A stretch of 64,000 nt of DNA from Rebecca billardiae RCC1528 (Eukaryota > Protista > Haptophyta), in the NCBI GenBank assembly GCA_965240325.2, contig OZ251242.1, forward strand, positions 1-64,000, read 5' to 3'. A model generated the notes under the pieces. It saw nothing but the letters and a program-made list of their open reading frames with translations. It did not search any database and had not been told where the DNA came from. Positions 21,885-32,700 of the stretch are shown in pieces (position 1 is the stretch's first letter; each line of letters opens with the position of its first letter). The position numbers were made by a program, and so were the translations under genes.

Positions 21885-22715
21885 CGCGTCTGCCGCCCAG
21901 GCCCCTCGCGCGTGCAGCACCGAGCTGATAGCTGCATCCACCGCCGCCCGCCCGCCGTGGCGCCATCCCTGATGCTGCTGCCGCACGCGGCGCGGAGTCG
22001 AGCGCGGCCTCTGCTGCCCAAGCTGGGCGCGGGCGCAGCAGCATCGGATGGGAGCGTCTCGAGCGCGCCAGGCGAGGCGAGCAGCGGCACCGCGCTCAAT
22101 GCGCCCGCCGCCCAGGCCCCCCAGGCGCACACCGCCGAGCTTTGAGCTCTAGCGACCGTCGTCGCCCACCGTAGCACCATCCCTGATGCTGCCGCCGCAC
22201 GCGGCGCGGAGTCGAGCGCAGCCGCTGCTGCCCAAGCTGGGCGCGGGCGCAGCAGCGTCGGATGGCAGCGGCTCGAGCGCGATGGGCGAGGCGAGCAGCC
22301 GCACCGCGTTCGGTGCGTCCAGCGCCCAAGCCCCTCGGGCGTGCACCGCCGAGCTGACAGCTCCGTCGACCGCCGCCGACCGCCGTGGCACCATCCCTGC
22401 TGCTGCCGCCGCACGCGGCGCGGAGTCGAGCGCAGCCGCTGCTGCCCAAGCTGGGCGCGGGCAGCCTAGCGCCCGATGGCAGCGCCTCCAGCGCGCCGGG
22501 CGAGGCGAGCAGCGGCACCGCGTTCGGTGCGCCCAGCGCCCACGCCCCTCGGGCGCTCACCGCCGAGCTGCCAGCTGCATCGACCGCCGCCGGCCGCCGT
22601 GGCACCATCCCTGCTGCTGCCACGGCACGCGGCGCGGAGTTGAGCGCAGCTGCTGCTGCCCAAGCTGGGCGCGGGCACAGTAGTGCTCGAGGCAGCGGCT
22701 CCAGCGCGCTTGGCA
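21885..22715 (-). repeat. Same 214-bp repeat in inverted orientation, about 4 copies (right arm)
   Basis: cggcgcggagt(c/t)gagcgc recurs at 214-bp spacing (gtcgag/gttgag at ~21997, 22211, 22425, 22639). Confidence 0.9.
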
Positions 22716-23786
22716 GTGCCGTGGGCGCATCGAGCAGCGTCACCACGCTCGGCGCGTCCGTCGTCCAGGCCCTTCGAACCAGTGACACCAAGCTGTCAGC
22801 CGCGGCGACCGCCGTCATCCGTGCAGGACCATCCCAGCGGCCCAGCTGCTGCTGCCGCGTGCAGCATAGAGTAGAGCGCCCCTCATTCTGCCGGCAGAGT
22901 GGGGCGCAGGTGTTTGAAGCAGCACCCGGCGGTTGGTCCTGCGCTCCTGGGCACGGCTATGTACCTCTTGGTCTCATGGATGCAGGGGAATGCCAGCGCC
23001 CGCCATGCGTGCTCAGTCTATCAGCCTCGCCGAGTAGAGTAGTAGGACCTCATCTGCTCACACAGCTGTGGGGCTGCCGTCTCCTTGCTGTCACGCGCAG
23101 AGCAAGTCGAGAAGTGTCTGGCGACCACCGATGCCAGTGCTGCGCCGACAGGTGGATGTCCACCACCCGGCCGCGCCCGTAGCATGGGCGATGGTGAGAT
23201 GAGTGGCAGCACAGCGCACAGCTACGAGCAAGGGTGACGTGCGACGGTGTGGAGGCACGCGTGCTGGCGGCATGCTCCGAGCCCCGTGCTGCGTGCCCCC
23301 GGCTGCTTCTCGCCCTTGGTCGTCTCCTCGTCGATGCCCTCCTCCCCCGTACGCGTGAGCTCTGCGACGCCATCGGGCCAGCCCACCAGCGAACCGTGGG
23401 CGTGGCGCCCCTGCTGACGGCTGGCTGCCATCGCAAGCCACACACGCCTGCACGCGACAACTGGGCCGTCTGAGCCCTGTTGCCGCGTGCACGGCCACAG
23501 CGGGCCGTGCACGCGGCAACTGCAGTGAAAACCCCTCAGAGGGTGACCCCCTTTCGCGCCCCAGTGCCACGCCGCAACAGCGCTCAAACGCCCCAGTTTC
23601 CGCGTACAGTCGCCACTGCAGAGCGCCAGACCTTACTGATGAGGCGCCATCGGACATTACGGGTGCGAAGCGTCGTCAAAGCAGGGTTGCAAGTCAGACC
23701 CTCTTGCTTGCCCAGCGTCCAGCGACTGAAACAACAGGACTGGCGCGACTGGCGAGTGGCGCAGGGGCTAAGCCAGGAGGGGCGAA

Positions 23787-26700
23787 ATGGCCGCTGGGGC
23801 GGTGCTGCTCGCACTCGCCGCCCCGGCGATACACCCTGTGTTGTTAGGGCTGGCCAGCCCGTCCACGCCGGAAATACTCTTCTCCGGCGAGGCGCACACC
23901 TGTCTCCTCTACGCCGACGCGGGCCTCAAGTGGTGCGCGCCCAGCCGCGCGCGCGCGCCCCGCGCCCGCGGCGCCGCGGCAGTTTGCCCACCACCGGCCG
24001 CTCCCGCCCGGCGCGCGCGCGCGCAGCTTCGGGCAAAACTCGGCCGGCCAGCTCGGGCAGGATGACTCCGACAACCGCGGAGACGATCCGGGCGAGCTCG
24101 GCCTCGCGCTGCCCTACATCAACCTGCCCACCGGCCTGTTTGCCACCGACATCTCCGCGGGAGGCTCGCACACGTGCGCCGTGCTCGGCGACAACACGCT
24201 GCGCTGGTGCGCGCGGCGGGGCGCGCCGGGCCGGGGCGCGCCGCGCCGCGCGAATGACGGGGCACACGCGCGCGACCGCGCGGAGGCGGGGCGTGGGCGC
24301 CGTGCACGGCTACGTTGCGCGCCGGCGCGCACGCGCCGGCCGGGCGCGGCTGAGCGCGCGCCCGCTCGCGCGCGCGGCTGCCGCGCGCCGCAGTTGGGGC
24401 ACGGCGACGGACGGGCGTCTCGGCGGTGGGAACGGGGACGACGTGGGCGACGGCGCCGTCAACTCGCTTGGCATGGGCGACGCGCTCGTCGCCGTCAACC
24501 TCGGCGCGGGCGCGAGCGTGCTGAGCGTGCGCGCCTCGGCCGCCAGCACGTGCGCGCTGCTCACGATCGGTGCGACCACCGGCCTCAAGTGCTGGGGCGA
24601 CAACAAGGCGGGCTCGCTGGGGTACGGGGACAACGCCGACAGAGGCGTGAGCGCCGCCGTCATGGGCGACAGCCTGCCCTTCGTCGCGCTGGGCACGGGC
24701 GACGTGATCAGCAGCTTCGACACGCACCTGGGCGGCCACGTGTGCGTGGTGCTCACCTCGGGCGCAGTCAAGTGGTGCGCGCACGCGCGCACGCACGCAC
24801 GCACGCACGCACGCGCGCACGCAACGCGCGCGCGCGCGCACGCACGCGCGCGCGCGCACGCGCCGTCGGCGGAGTGCGGCTGACCCGCGCGCGGCGCGCG
24901 TGGCGCTGCGGTGTGCGCCTGCGTGCCCGCGCGCCAGCTGGGGCGAGGGCTCGGCGGGCCAGCTCGGCACGGGCCAGAAGCAGGACGTGGGCACCGGCGC
25001 CGCCGACATGGGGAACAGCCTCGCCGCCGTCAACCTCGGCACCGGCGTCACGGCCGACCTCGTCGTGACCACGATCTCGAACACGTGCGCGCGCGTGGGC
25101 TCGGGCAAGCTCAAGTGCTGGGGCGAGGGCTGGACGGGCATGTCGGGCGGCATCCTCGGGTACGGCGACAAGGCGGACCGCTCGATCACCAACGACTTTG
25201 GCGACGCGCTGCCCGAGGTGGACCTGGGCGCGGGGCGCACCGTCGTGCGTGTGCAGATGGGGCTCAAGCACGCGTGCGCGCAGCTGGACGACGGCACGCT
25301 CAAGTGGTGCGCGCGGCAGCCGGGCGCAGCCACGGCGGCGGCGCGCGCTGCCCGGCGCGCCCGCGTCCCACACACACGCCCTGACGGTGCGGTGCACGCC
25401 CTGACGGTGCCTCTCCCGCCCGCCCCGCGCCCCCCCGCGCCACCCTGCGCGCGCGCACTCCGCAGCTGGGGCGCCGGCACGAGCGGCGAGCTCGGCACGG
25501 GCGACAACGACTCGCGCGGCGACGACCCGAACGAGATGGGCGACACGCTGCCGACGGTACAGCTGGGCAGCGGCCGCACCGCCATCCGCGTGAGCGCGGG
25601 CGACGGCTTCTCGTGCGCGCTGCTCGACGACCTCAACCTCAAGTGGTGCGCGGCCGCGCGCGGGCGGGCGCGCGCGCGCAGGGCAGGGCAGGGCAGGGGC
25701 GGAGACGGGGGGCCGGGCGGGGTCGCGCCGGGTGCGCCGCGGTTCCGGGGCGTGCCGGCCACGCGCGCCTGTCGAGGCTGGCGCGCGCCGCGCTGGGCAA
25801 GAGCGTGCGCCGAGGCCGCTGCGCCGCGCGGCCCGGGCCGCTGTGGCGCCCGCCGAGCCGGGCTGACTGACGCGAGAGGCGCGCCCGCGACCACGCACCG
25901 CGCGCCGCGCGGCGCGCAGCTGGGGCGACGCGGCCACGGGCCAGATCGGCAGCGGCTCGCGCACAGACATTGGCAAGTCGCCCGGCGAGATGGGCGACGC
26001 GCTGCCGCCGGTCGGGCTGCCGCAGCCGCCGCCGAGCCCGCCGCCGAGCCCGCCGCCGTCGCCACCGCCGTCGCCGCCGCCGCCGAGCCCGCCGCCGAGC
26101 CCGCCATCACCGCCGCCGTCGCCACCGCCGCCCAGCCCGCCGCCTTCCCCGCCGCCGTCCCCGCCGCCTTCCCCGCCGCCGTCTCCGCCGCCGTCGCCGC
26201 CGCCGGGCCCGCCGCCGTCGCCGCCGCCGAGCCCGCCGCCGAGCCCGCCGCCGAGCCCGCCGCCGTCGCCGCCGCCGAGCCCGCCGCCGAGCCCGCCGCC
26301 GAGCCCGCCGCCGAGCCCGCCGCCGTCGCCGCCGCCGAGCCCGCCTCCGAGCCCACCGCCGTCGCCGCCGCCGAGCCCGCCGCCCTCACCGCCGCCGCCG
26401 AGCCCGCCGCCCAGCCCCCCGCCGGCGCCGCCGCCTAGCCCGCCGCCCTCACCACCGCCGCCGAGCCCGCCGCCGTCGCCGCCGCCGAGCCCGCCGCCGA
26501 GCCCGCCGCCGAGCCCGCCGCCGTCGCCGCCACCGAGCCCGCCGCCGAGCCCGCCGCCGAGCCCGCCGCCGTCGCCGCCGCCGAGCCCGCCGCCATCACC
26601 GCCGCCGCCGAGCCCGCCGCCGAGCCCGCCGCCGTCGCCGCCCCCTAGCCCGCCGCCGAGCCCGCCACCCAGCCCGCCGCCGAGCCCGCCGCCGAGCCCG

Positions 26701-29700
26701 CCACCATCACCGCCGCCGCCGTCGCCGCCGCCGTCGCCGCCGCCCTCCCCGCCGCCGTCGCCTCCGCCGAGCCCGCCGCCCTCGCCGCCGCCGAGCCCGC
26801 CGCCGAGCCCGCCGCCCTCGCCGCCTCCGCCGGCTCCGCCGCCGAGCCCGCCGCCGAGCCCGCCGCCGAGCCCGCCGCCGAGCCCGCCGCCGTCGCCGCC
26901 GCCGAGCCCGCCGCCATCACCGCCGCCGCCAAGCCCGCCGCCCAGCCCGCCGCCGTCGCCGCCCCCTAGCCCGCCGCCGGGCCCGCCGCCCTCGCCGCCG
27001 CCGAGCCCGCCGCCTTCGCCGCCGCCGAGCCCGCCGCCCTCGCCGCCGCCGAGCCCGCCGCCCTCGCCGCCGCCGAGCCCGCCGCCCTCGCCGCCGCCGA
27101 GCCCGCCGCCAAGCCCGCCGCCCTCGCCGCCGCCGCCGTCGCCGCCGCCCAGCCCGCCGCCGAGCCCGCCGCCCTCGCCTCCGCCGAGCCCGCCGCCGAG
27201 CCCGCCGCCGAGCCCGCCGCCGAGCCCACCGCCGAGCCCGCCGCCCTCACCTCCACCGAGCCCGCCGCCGAGCCCGCCGCCCTCGCCGCCTCCGCCGAGC
27301 CCGCCGCCGAGCCCGCCGCCGAGCCCGCCGCCGAGCCCGCCACCGAGCCCACCGCCGAGCCCGCCGCCCTTGCCGCCGCCGAGTCCACCGCCCTCGCCAC
27401 CGCCGCCGTCGCCGCCGCCGAGCCCGCCGCCATCGCCGCCGCCGAGCCCGCCGCCGAGCCCGCCGCCCAGCCCGCCGCCGAGCCCGCCGCCGAGCCCGCC
27501 ACCGTCGCCGCCGCCGCCGTCGCCGCCGCCGTCGCCGCCTCCGAGCCCGCCGCCCTCGCCCCCGCCGAGCCCGCCGCCGAGCCCGCCGCCGAGCCCTCCG
27601 CCGAGCCCGCCGCCGAGCCCGCCACCCAGCCCGCCACCGAGCCCGCCGCCGAGCCCGCCGCCGAGCCCGCCGCCCTCACCTCCGCCGAGCCCTCCGCCGA
27701 GCCCGCCGCCCTCGCCGCCTCCGCCAAGCCCGCCGCCGAGCCCGCCGCCGAGCCCTCCGCCGAGCCCGCCGCCGAGCCCGCCGCCGAGCCCGCCGCCATC
27801 GCCGCCGCCGAGCCCGCCGCCCTCCCCGCCGCCGCCCAGACCGCCGCCCAGTCCGCCGCCTTCGCCGCCGCCCAGTCCGCCGCCGGGCCCGCCGCCGTCG
27901 CCGCCGCCGAGCCCGCCGCCGAGCCCGCCGCCGTCGCCGCCGCCGCCAAGCCCGCCGCCGAGCCCGCCGCCGAGCCCGCCGCCATCGCCGCCGCCGAGCC
28001 CGCCGCCGTCGCCACCGCCCTTGCCGCCGCCAAGCCCGCCGCCAGCGCCGCCACCGAGCCCGCCGCCGAGCCCGCCGCCCAGCCCGCCACCCTCGCCGCC
28101 TCCGCCGAGCCCACCGCCGAGCCCGCCGCCGAGTCCTCCGCCATCGCCGCCGCCGTCGCCGCCGCCGATTCCGCCGCCCAGCCCGCCGCCGAGCCCGCCG
28201 CCCAGCCCCCCACCGAGCCCACCGCCCTCACCGCCGCCGTCGCCGCCGCCGCCGAGCCCACCGCCGAGCCCGCCGCCGAGCCCGCCGCCGAGCCCGCCCC
28301 CGAGCCCGCCTCCGAGCCCGCCGCCCTCACCGCCGCCGTCGCCGCCGCCGAGCCCGCCGCCGAGCCCGCCGCCCGCACCACCGCCGTCGCCACCGCCGAG
28401 CCCGCCGCCGAGCCCGCCGCCCAGCCCACCGCCATCACCGCCGCCACCGAGCCCGCCGCCGAGCCCGCCGCCGTCGCCGCCGCCGTCGCCACCGCCCTCA
28501 CCACCGCCCAGCCCGCCGCCGAGCCCGCCGCCAAGCCCGCCACCACCGTCACCGCCGCCGAGCCCGCCGCCTAGCCCCCCGCCCAGGCCGCCGCCGTCAC
28601 CGCCGCCGTCGCCGCCGCCCAGCCCGCCGCCGAGCCCCCCGCCGCTGCCGCCGCCATCGCCGCCGCCGAGCCCACCGCCATCGCCACCGCCGTCGCCTCC
28701 GCCGCCGAGCCCGCCCCCCAGCCCGCCGCCGAGCCCGCCGCCGTCGCCACCGCCCAGCCCGCCGCCGAGCCCGCCGCCAAGCCCGCCGCCATCCCCACCG
28801 CCGTCTCCGCCGCCTTCCCCGCCGCCCTCCCCGCCGCCGTCGCCGCCGCCGTCGCCGCCGCCGTCGCCGCCTCCGCCAAACACTCCGCCGAGCCCGCCGC
28901 CGAGCCCGCCGCCCAGCCCGCCCCCGGCGCCGCCCCCTTCTCCGCCGCCGAGCCCGCCGCCGTCGCCGCCGCCGTCGCCGCCGCCCAGCCCGCCACCAAG
29001 CCCGCCGCCGTCGCCACCGCCATCGCCGCCGCCGCCAAGCCCGCCGCCGAGCCCGCCGCCCAGCCCGCCACCGTCGCCGCCGCCAAGCCCGCCGCCGAGC
29101 CCGCCGCCGTCGCCGCCACCGAGCCCGCCGCCATCGCCACCGCCCAGCCCGCCGCCCAGCCCGCCACCGAGCCCCCCGCCGTCGCCACCCCCATCGCCGC
29201 CGCCGCCGTCGCCGCCGCCTTCGCCGCCCCCCAGCCCACCGCCGAGTCCGCCGCCGAGCCCTCCGCCACCCTCACCGCCTCCCAGCCCGCCGCCGAGCCC
29301 GCCGCCGGGCCCGCCGCCGTCGCCGCCGCCCAGCCCGCCGCCGTCCCCACCGCCGTCTCCGCCGCCGTCGCCGCCGCCGCCATCGCCGCCGCCCAGCCCG
29401 CCACCGTCGCCGCCGCCCAGCCCGCCGCCGAGCCCGCCGCCGTCGCCGCCACCGAGCCCGCCGCCATCGCCACCGCCCAGCCCGCCGCCCAGCCCGCCAC
29501 CGAGCCCCCCACCGTCGCCACCCCCATCGCCGCCGCCGCCGTCGCCGCCGCCTTCGCCGCCTCCCAGCCCACCGCCGAGTCCGCCGCCGAGCCCTCCGCC
29601 ACCCTCACCGCCTCCCAGCCCGCCGCCCAGCCCGCCGCCGGGCCCGCCGCCTTCGCCGCCGCCCAGCCCGCCGCCGAGCCCACCGCCCTCGCCACCGCCT

Positions 29701-32700
29701 CCCAGCCCGCCGCCCAGCCCGCCGCCGAGCCCACCCCCGTCGCCGCCGCCATCGCCGCCGCCGAGCCCACCGCCGAGCCCGCCGCCCTCGCCACCGCCGC
29801 CGAGCCCGCCGCCCAGCCCGCCCCCGTCGCCGCCGCCCTCGCCGCCGCCGAGCCCGCCGCCCTCGCCGCCGCCCTCGCCGCCGCCTTCGCCGCCGCCCTC
29901 AGCGCCGCCCAGCCCGCCGCCCAGCCCGCCACCGTCGCCGCCTCCGCCGAGCCCGCCGCCGAGCCCGCCGCCGAGCCCACCACCGTCGCCACCCCCGTCG
30001 CCGCCACCGAGCCCGCCTCCCAGCCCGCCGCCGAGCCCGCCGCCTCCAAGCCCGCCGCCAAGCCCTCCACCCTCGCCGCCGCCAAGCCCGCCTCCAAGCC
30101 CGCCGCCAAGCCCTCCACCCTCGCCGCCGCCAAGCCCACCTCCAAGCCCGCCGCCAAGCCCTCCACCCTCGCCGCCGCCAAGCCCACCGCCGAGCCCGCC
30201 GCCGAGCCCACCGCCGTCACCACCGCCGTCCCCACCGCCCAGCCCGCCACCGAGCCCGCCGCCGAGCCCGCCGCCGTCGCCTCCGCCACCAAGCCCGCCG
30301 CCTTCGCCGCCGCCGTCCCCGCCGCCTTTCCCGCCGCCGTCGCCGCCGCCGACCCCTCCGCCGAGTCCGCCGCCCTCGCCGCCACCGCCGAGCCCGCCGC
30401 CGTCGCCGCCGCCGTCCCCACCGCCCTCGCCGCCTCCGAGCCCGCCGCCGAGCCCCCCGCCAAGCCCGCCCCCCAGCCCGCCACCGAGCCCGCCGCCGAG
30501 CCCGCCGCCGAGCCCGCCGCCGGCCCCGCCGCCGTCGCCGCCGCCGTCGCCGCCGCCGAGCCCGCCGCCGTCGCCGCCGCCGAGCCCACCGCCGAGCCCG
30601 CCCCCCAGCCCGCCGCCATCGCCGCCCCCTCCGAGCCCGCCGCCAAGCCCACCGCCGTCGCCGCCGCCGAGCCCGCCGCCCAGCCCGCCACCCAGCCCGC
30701 CGCCCAGCCCGCCTCCATCGCCGCCTCCCCCGAGCCCGCCGCCGTCCCCGCCGCCGATCCCGCCGCCGTCGCCTCCGCCCAGCCCGCCGCCTAGCCCGCC
30801 ACCGAGCCCACCGCCGGCGCCGCCACCGTCGCCTCCACCGAGCCCGCCGCCGTCGCCGCCGCCGTCGCCGCCCCCGCCTAGCCCTCCGCCGAGCCCGCCG
30901 CCGAGCCCGCCGCCGAGCCCGCCGCCGAGTCCGCCGCCATCGCCACCGCCACGCCCGCCGCCATCGCCACCGCCGTCGCCACCACCAAGCCCGCCACCGA
31001 GTCCACCGCCGTCGCCGCCACCGCCGAGCCCACCACCGAGCCCCCCACCAAGCCCACCACCGAGCCCACCACCAAGCCCGCCACCGAGCCCACCGCCGTC
31101 TCCTCCGCCTTCCCCGCCGCCGTCCCCGCCGCCGTCCCCGCCACCTTCCCCGCCGCCGTCACCGCCACCGTCGCCGCCCCCGAGCCCCCCGCCCAGCCCG
31201 CCGCCGGCGCCGCCGCCCTCGCCACCACCATCGCCACCACCGTCGCCGCCGCCCTCACCTCCTCCGCCCAGCCCTCCGCCGAGCCCGCCACCCAGCCCTC
31301 CGCCGAGCCCGCCGCCGAGCCCGCCGCCGAGCCCGCCGCCGAGCCCGCCGCCGTCGCCGCCGCCGTCCCCGCCGCCGAGCCCGCCGCCGAGCCCGCCGCC
31401 TTCGCCACCGCCGAGCCCGCCACCCAGCCCGCCACCCAGCCCGCCGCCGTCGCCGCCGCCGCCCAGCCCACCGCCCAGCCCGCCACCTTCTCCGCCGCCT
31501 TCCCCGCCACCGAACCCGCCGCCGTCACCGCCGCCGTCGCCACCGCCCTCACCACCGCCCTCGCCGCCGCCCAGCCCGCCGCCGAGCCCGCCGCCCGCGC
31601 CACCGCCATCGCCACCACCGTCGCCGCCACCGTCGCCGCCGCCATCTCCGCCGCCGCCGAGCCCACCGCCGAGCCCCCCACCGAGCCCGCCGCCGAGCCC
31701 GCCACCTTCGCCTCCGCCGAGCCCGCCGCCGTCGCCGCCGCCGTCGCCGCCGCCGAGCCCGCCGCCCAGCCCCCCGCCCAGTCCGCCACCTTCGCCACCG
31801 CCGAGCCCGCCACCAAGCCCGCCGCCCAGCCCGCCGCCGTCACCGCCGCCACCCAGCCCGCCACCTAGCCCGCCGCCTTCTCCGCCGCCTTCCCCGCCGC
31901 CGAGCCCGCCGCCGAGCCCACCGCCATCTCCCCCGCCTTCCCCGCCGCCTTCCCCGCCGCCGTCGCCGCCGCCGTCGCCGCCGCCGTCGCCGCCGCCGTC
32001 GCCGCCGCCGAGCCCGCCGCCGAGCCCGCCTCCGACACCGCCGCCCTCGCCGCCACCATCGCCACCACCGTCGCCGCCGCCGTCGCCTCCGCCGCCAAGC
32101 CCTCCGCCGAGCCCGCCGCCGAGCCCGCCGCCGAGCCCGCCGCCGAGCCCGCCGCCAAGCCCGCCGCCGTCCCCGCCGCCCTCGCCGCCGCCCTCGCCGC
32201 CGCCGTCCCCGCCGCCCAGCCCGCCGCCATCCCCACCGCCCAGCCCGCCGCCGAGCCCTCCGCCGAGCCCGCCGCCGTCGCCGCCGCCGCCCAGCCCACC
32301 GCCCAGCCCTCCGCCCTCGCCACCGCCCAGCCCGCCGCCGAGCCCCCCACCGTCACCGCCGCCCTCTCCACCGCCGTCACCGCCACCTTCACCGCCGCCG
32401 AGCCCGCCGCCAAGCCCGCCTCCATCGCCGCCACCATCGCCGCCACCATCACCACCACCGTCGCCGCCGCCGTCGCCACCTCCGCCCAGCCCGCCGCCGA
32501 GCCCGCCGCCGAGCCCGCCGCCGAGCCCGCCGCCGAGCCCACCGCCAAGCCCGCCGCCATCGCCGCCACCGTCGCCGCCGCCCTCGCCGCCGCCGAGCCC
32601 GCCGCCCAGCCCGCCGCCGTCGCCACCGCCGAGCCCGCCACCGAGCCCGCCTCCGAGCCCGCCGCCATCACCACCGCCGCCTAGCCCACCGCCCAGCCCG

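Larger units (their letters stand above)
17947..23633. mobile_element. Foldback-like structure (~5.7 kb): long modular inverted arms around a ~0.9-kb unique centre, no transposase ORF seen
   Basis: 17963-18556 is nearly the exact reverse complement of 23025-23618 (mirror ORF coordinates sum to 41581). Diverged inverted similarity continues inward into opposing 214-bp arrays. No target-site duplication found. Confidence 0.6.

Noticed and set aside
18777-22818. Long ORFs across the 214-bp repeats, or a CRISPR-like reading of them
   Set aside because: The period is not a multiple of 3, so the same peptide rotates through frames. Units are contiguous with no unique spacers, there are no cas genes, and the context is eukaryotic.
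17963-23618. Classical hAT transposon suggested by CAGTGGCG ends
   Set aside because: The flanking 8-mers (cgctcgcc / cagagcgc) are not a direct TSD, inverted similarity extends beyond these ends, and no transposase is present.
23626-23690. Hammerhead-like CTGATGAG...GAAG upstream of the giant gene
   Set aside because: GAAA core, stem III and the NUH cleavage triplet are not correctly formed.
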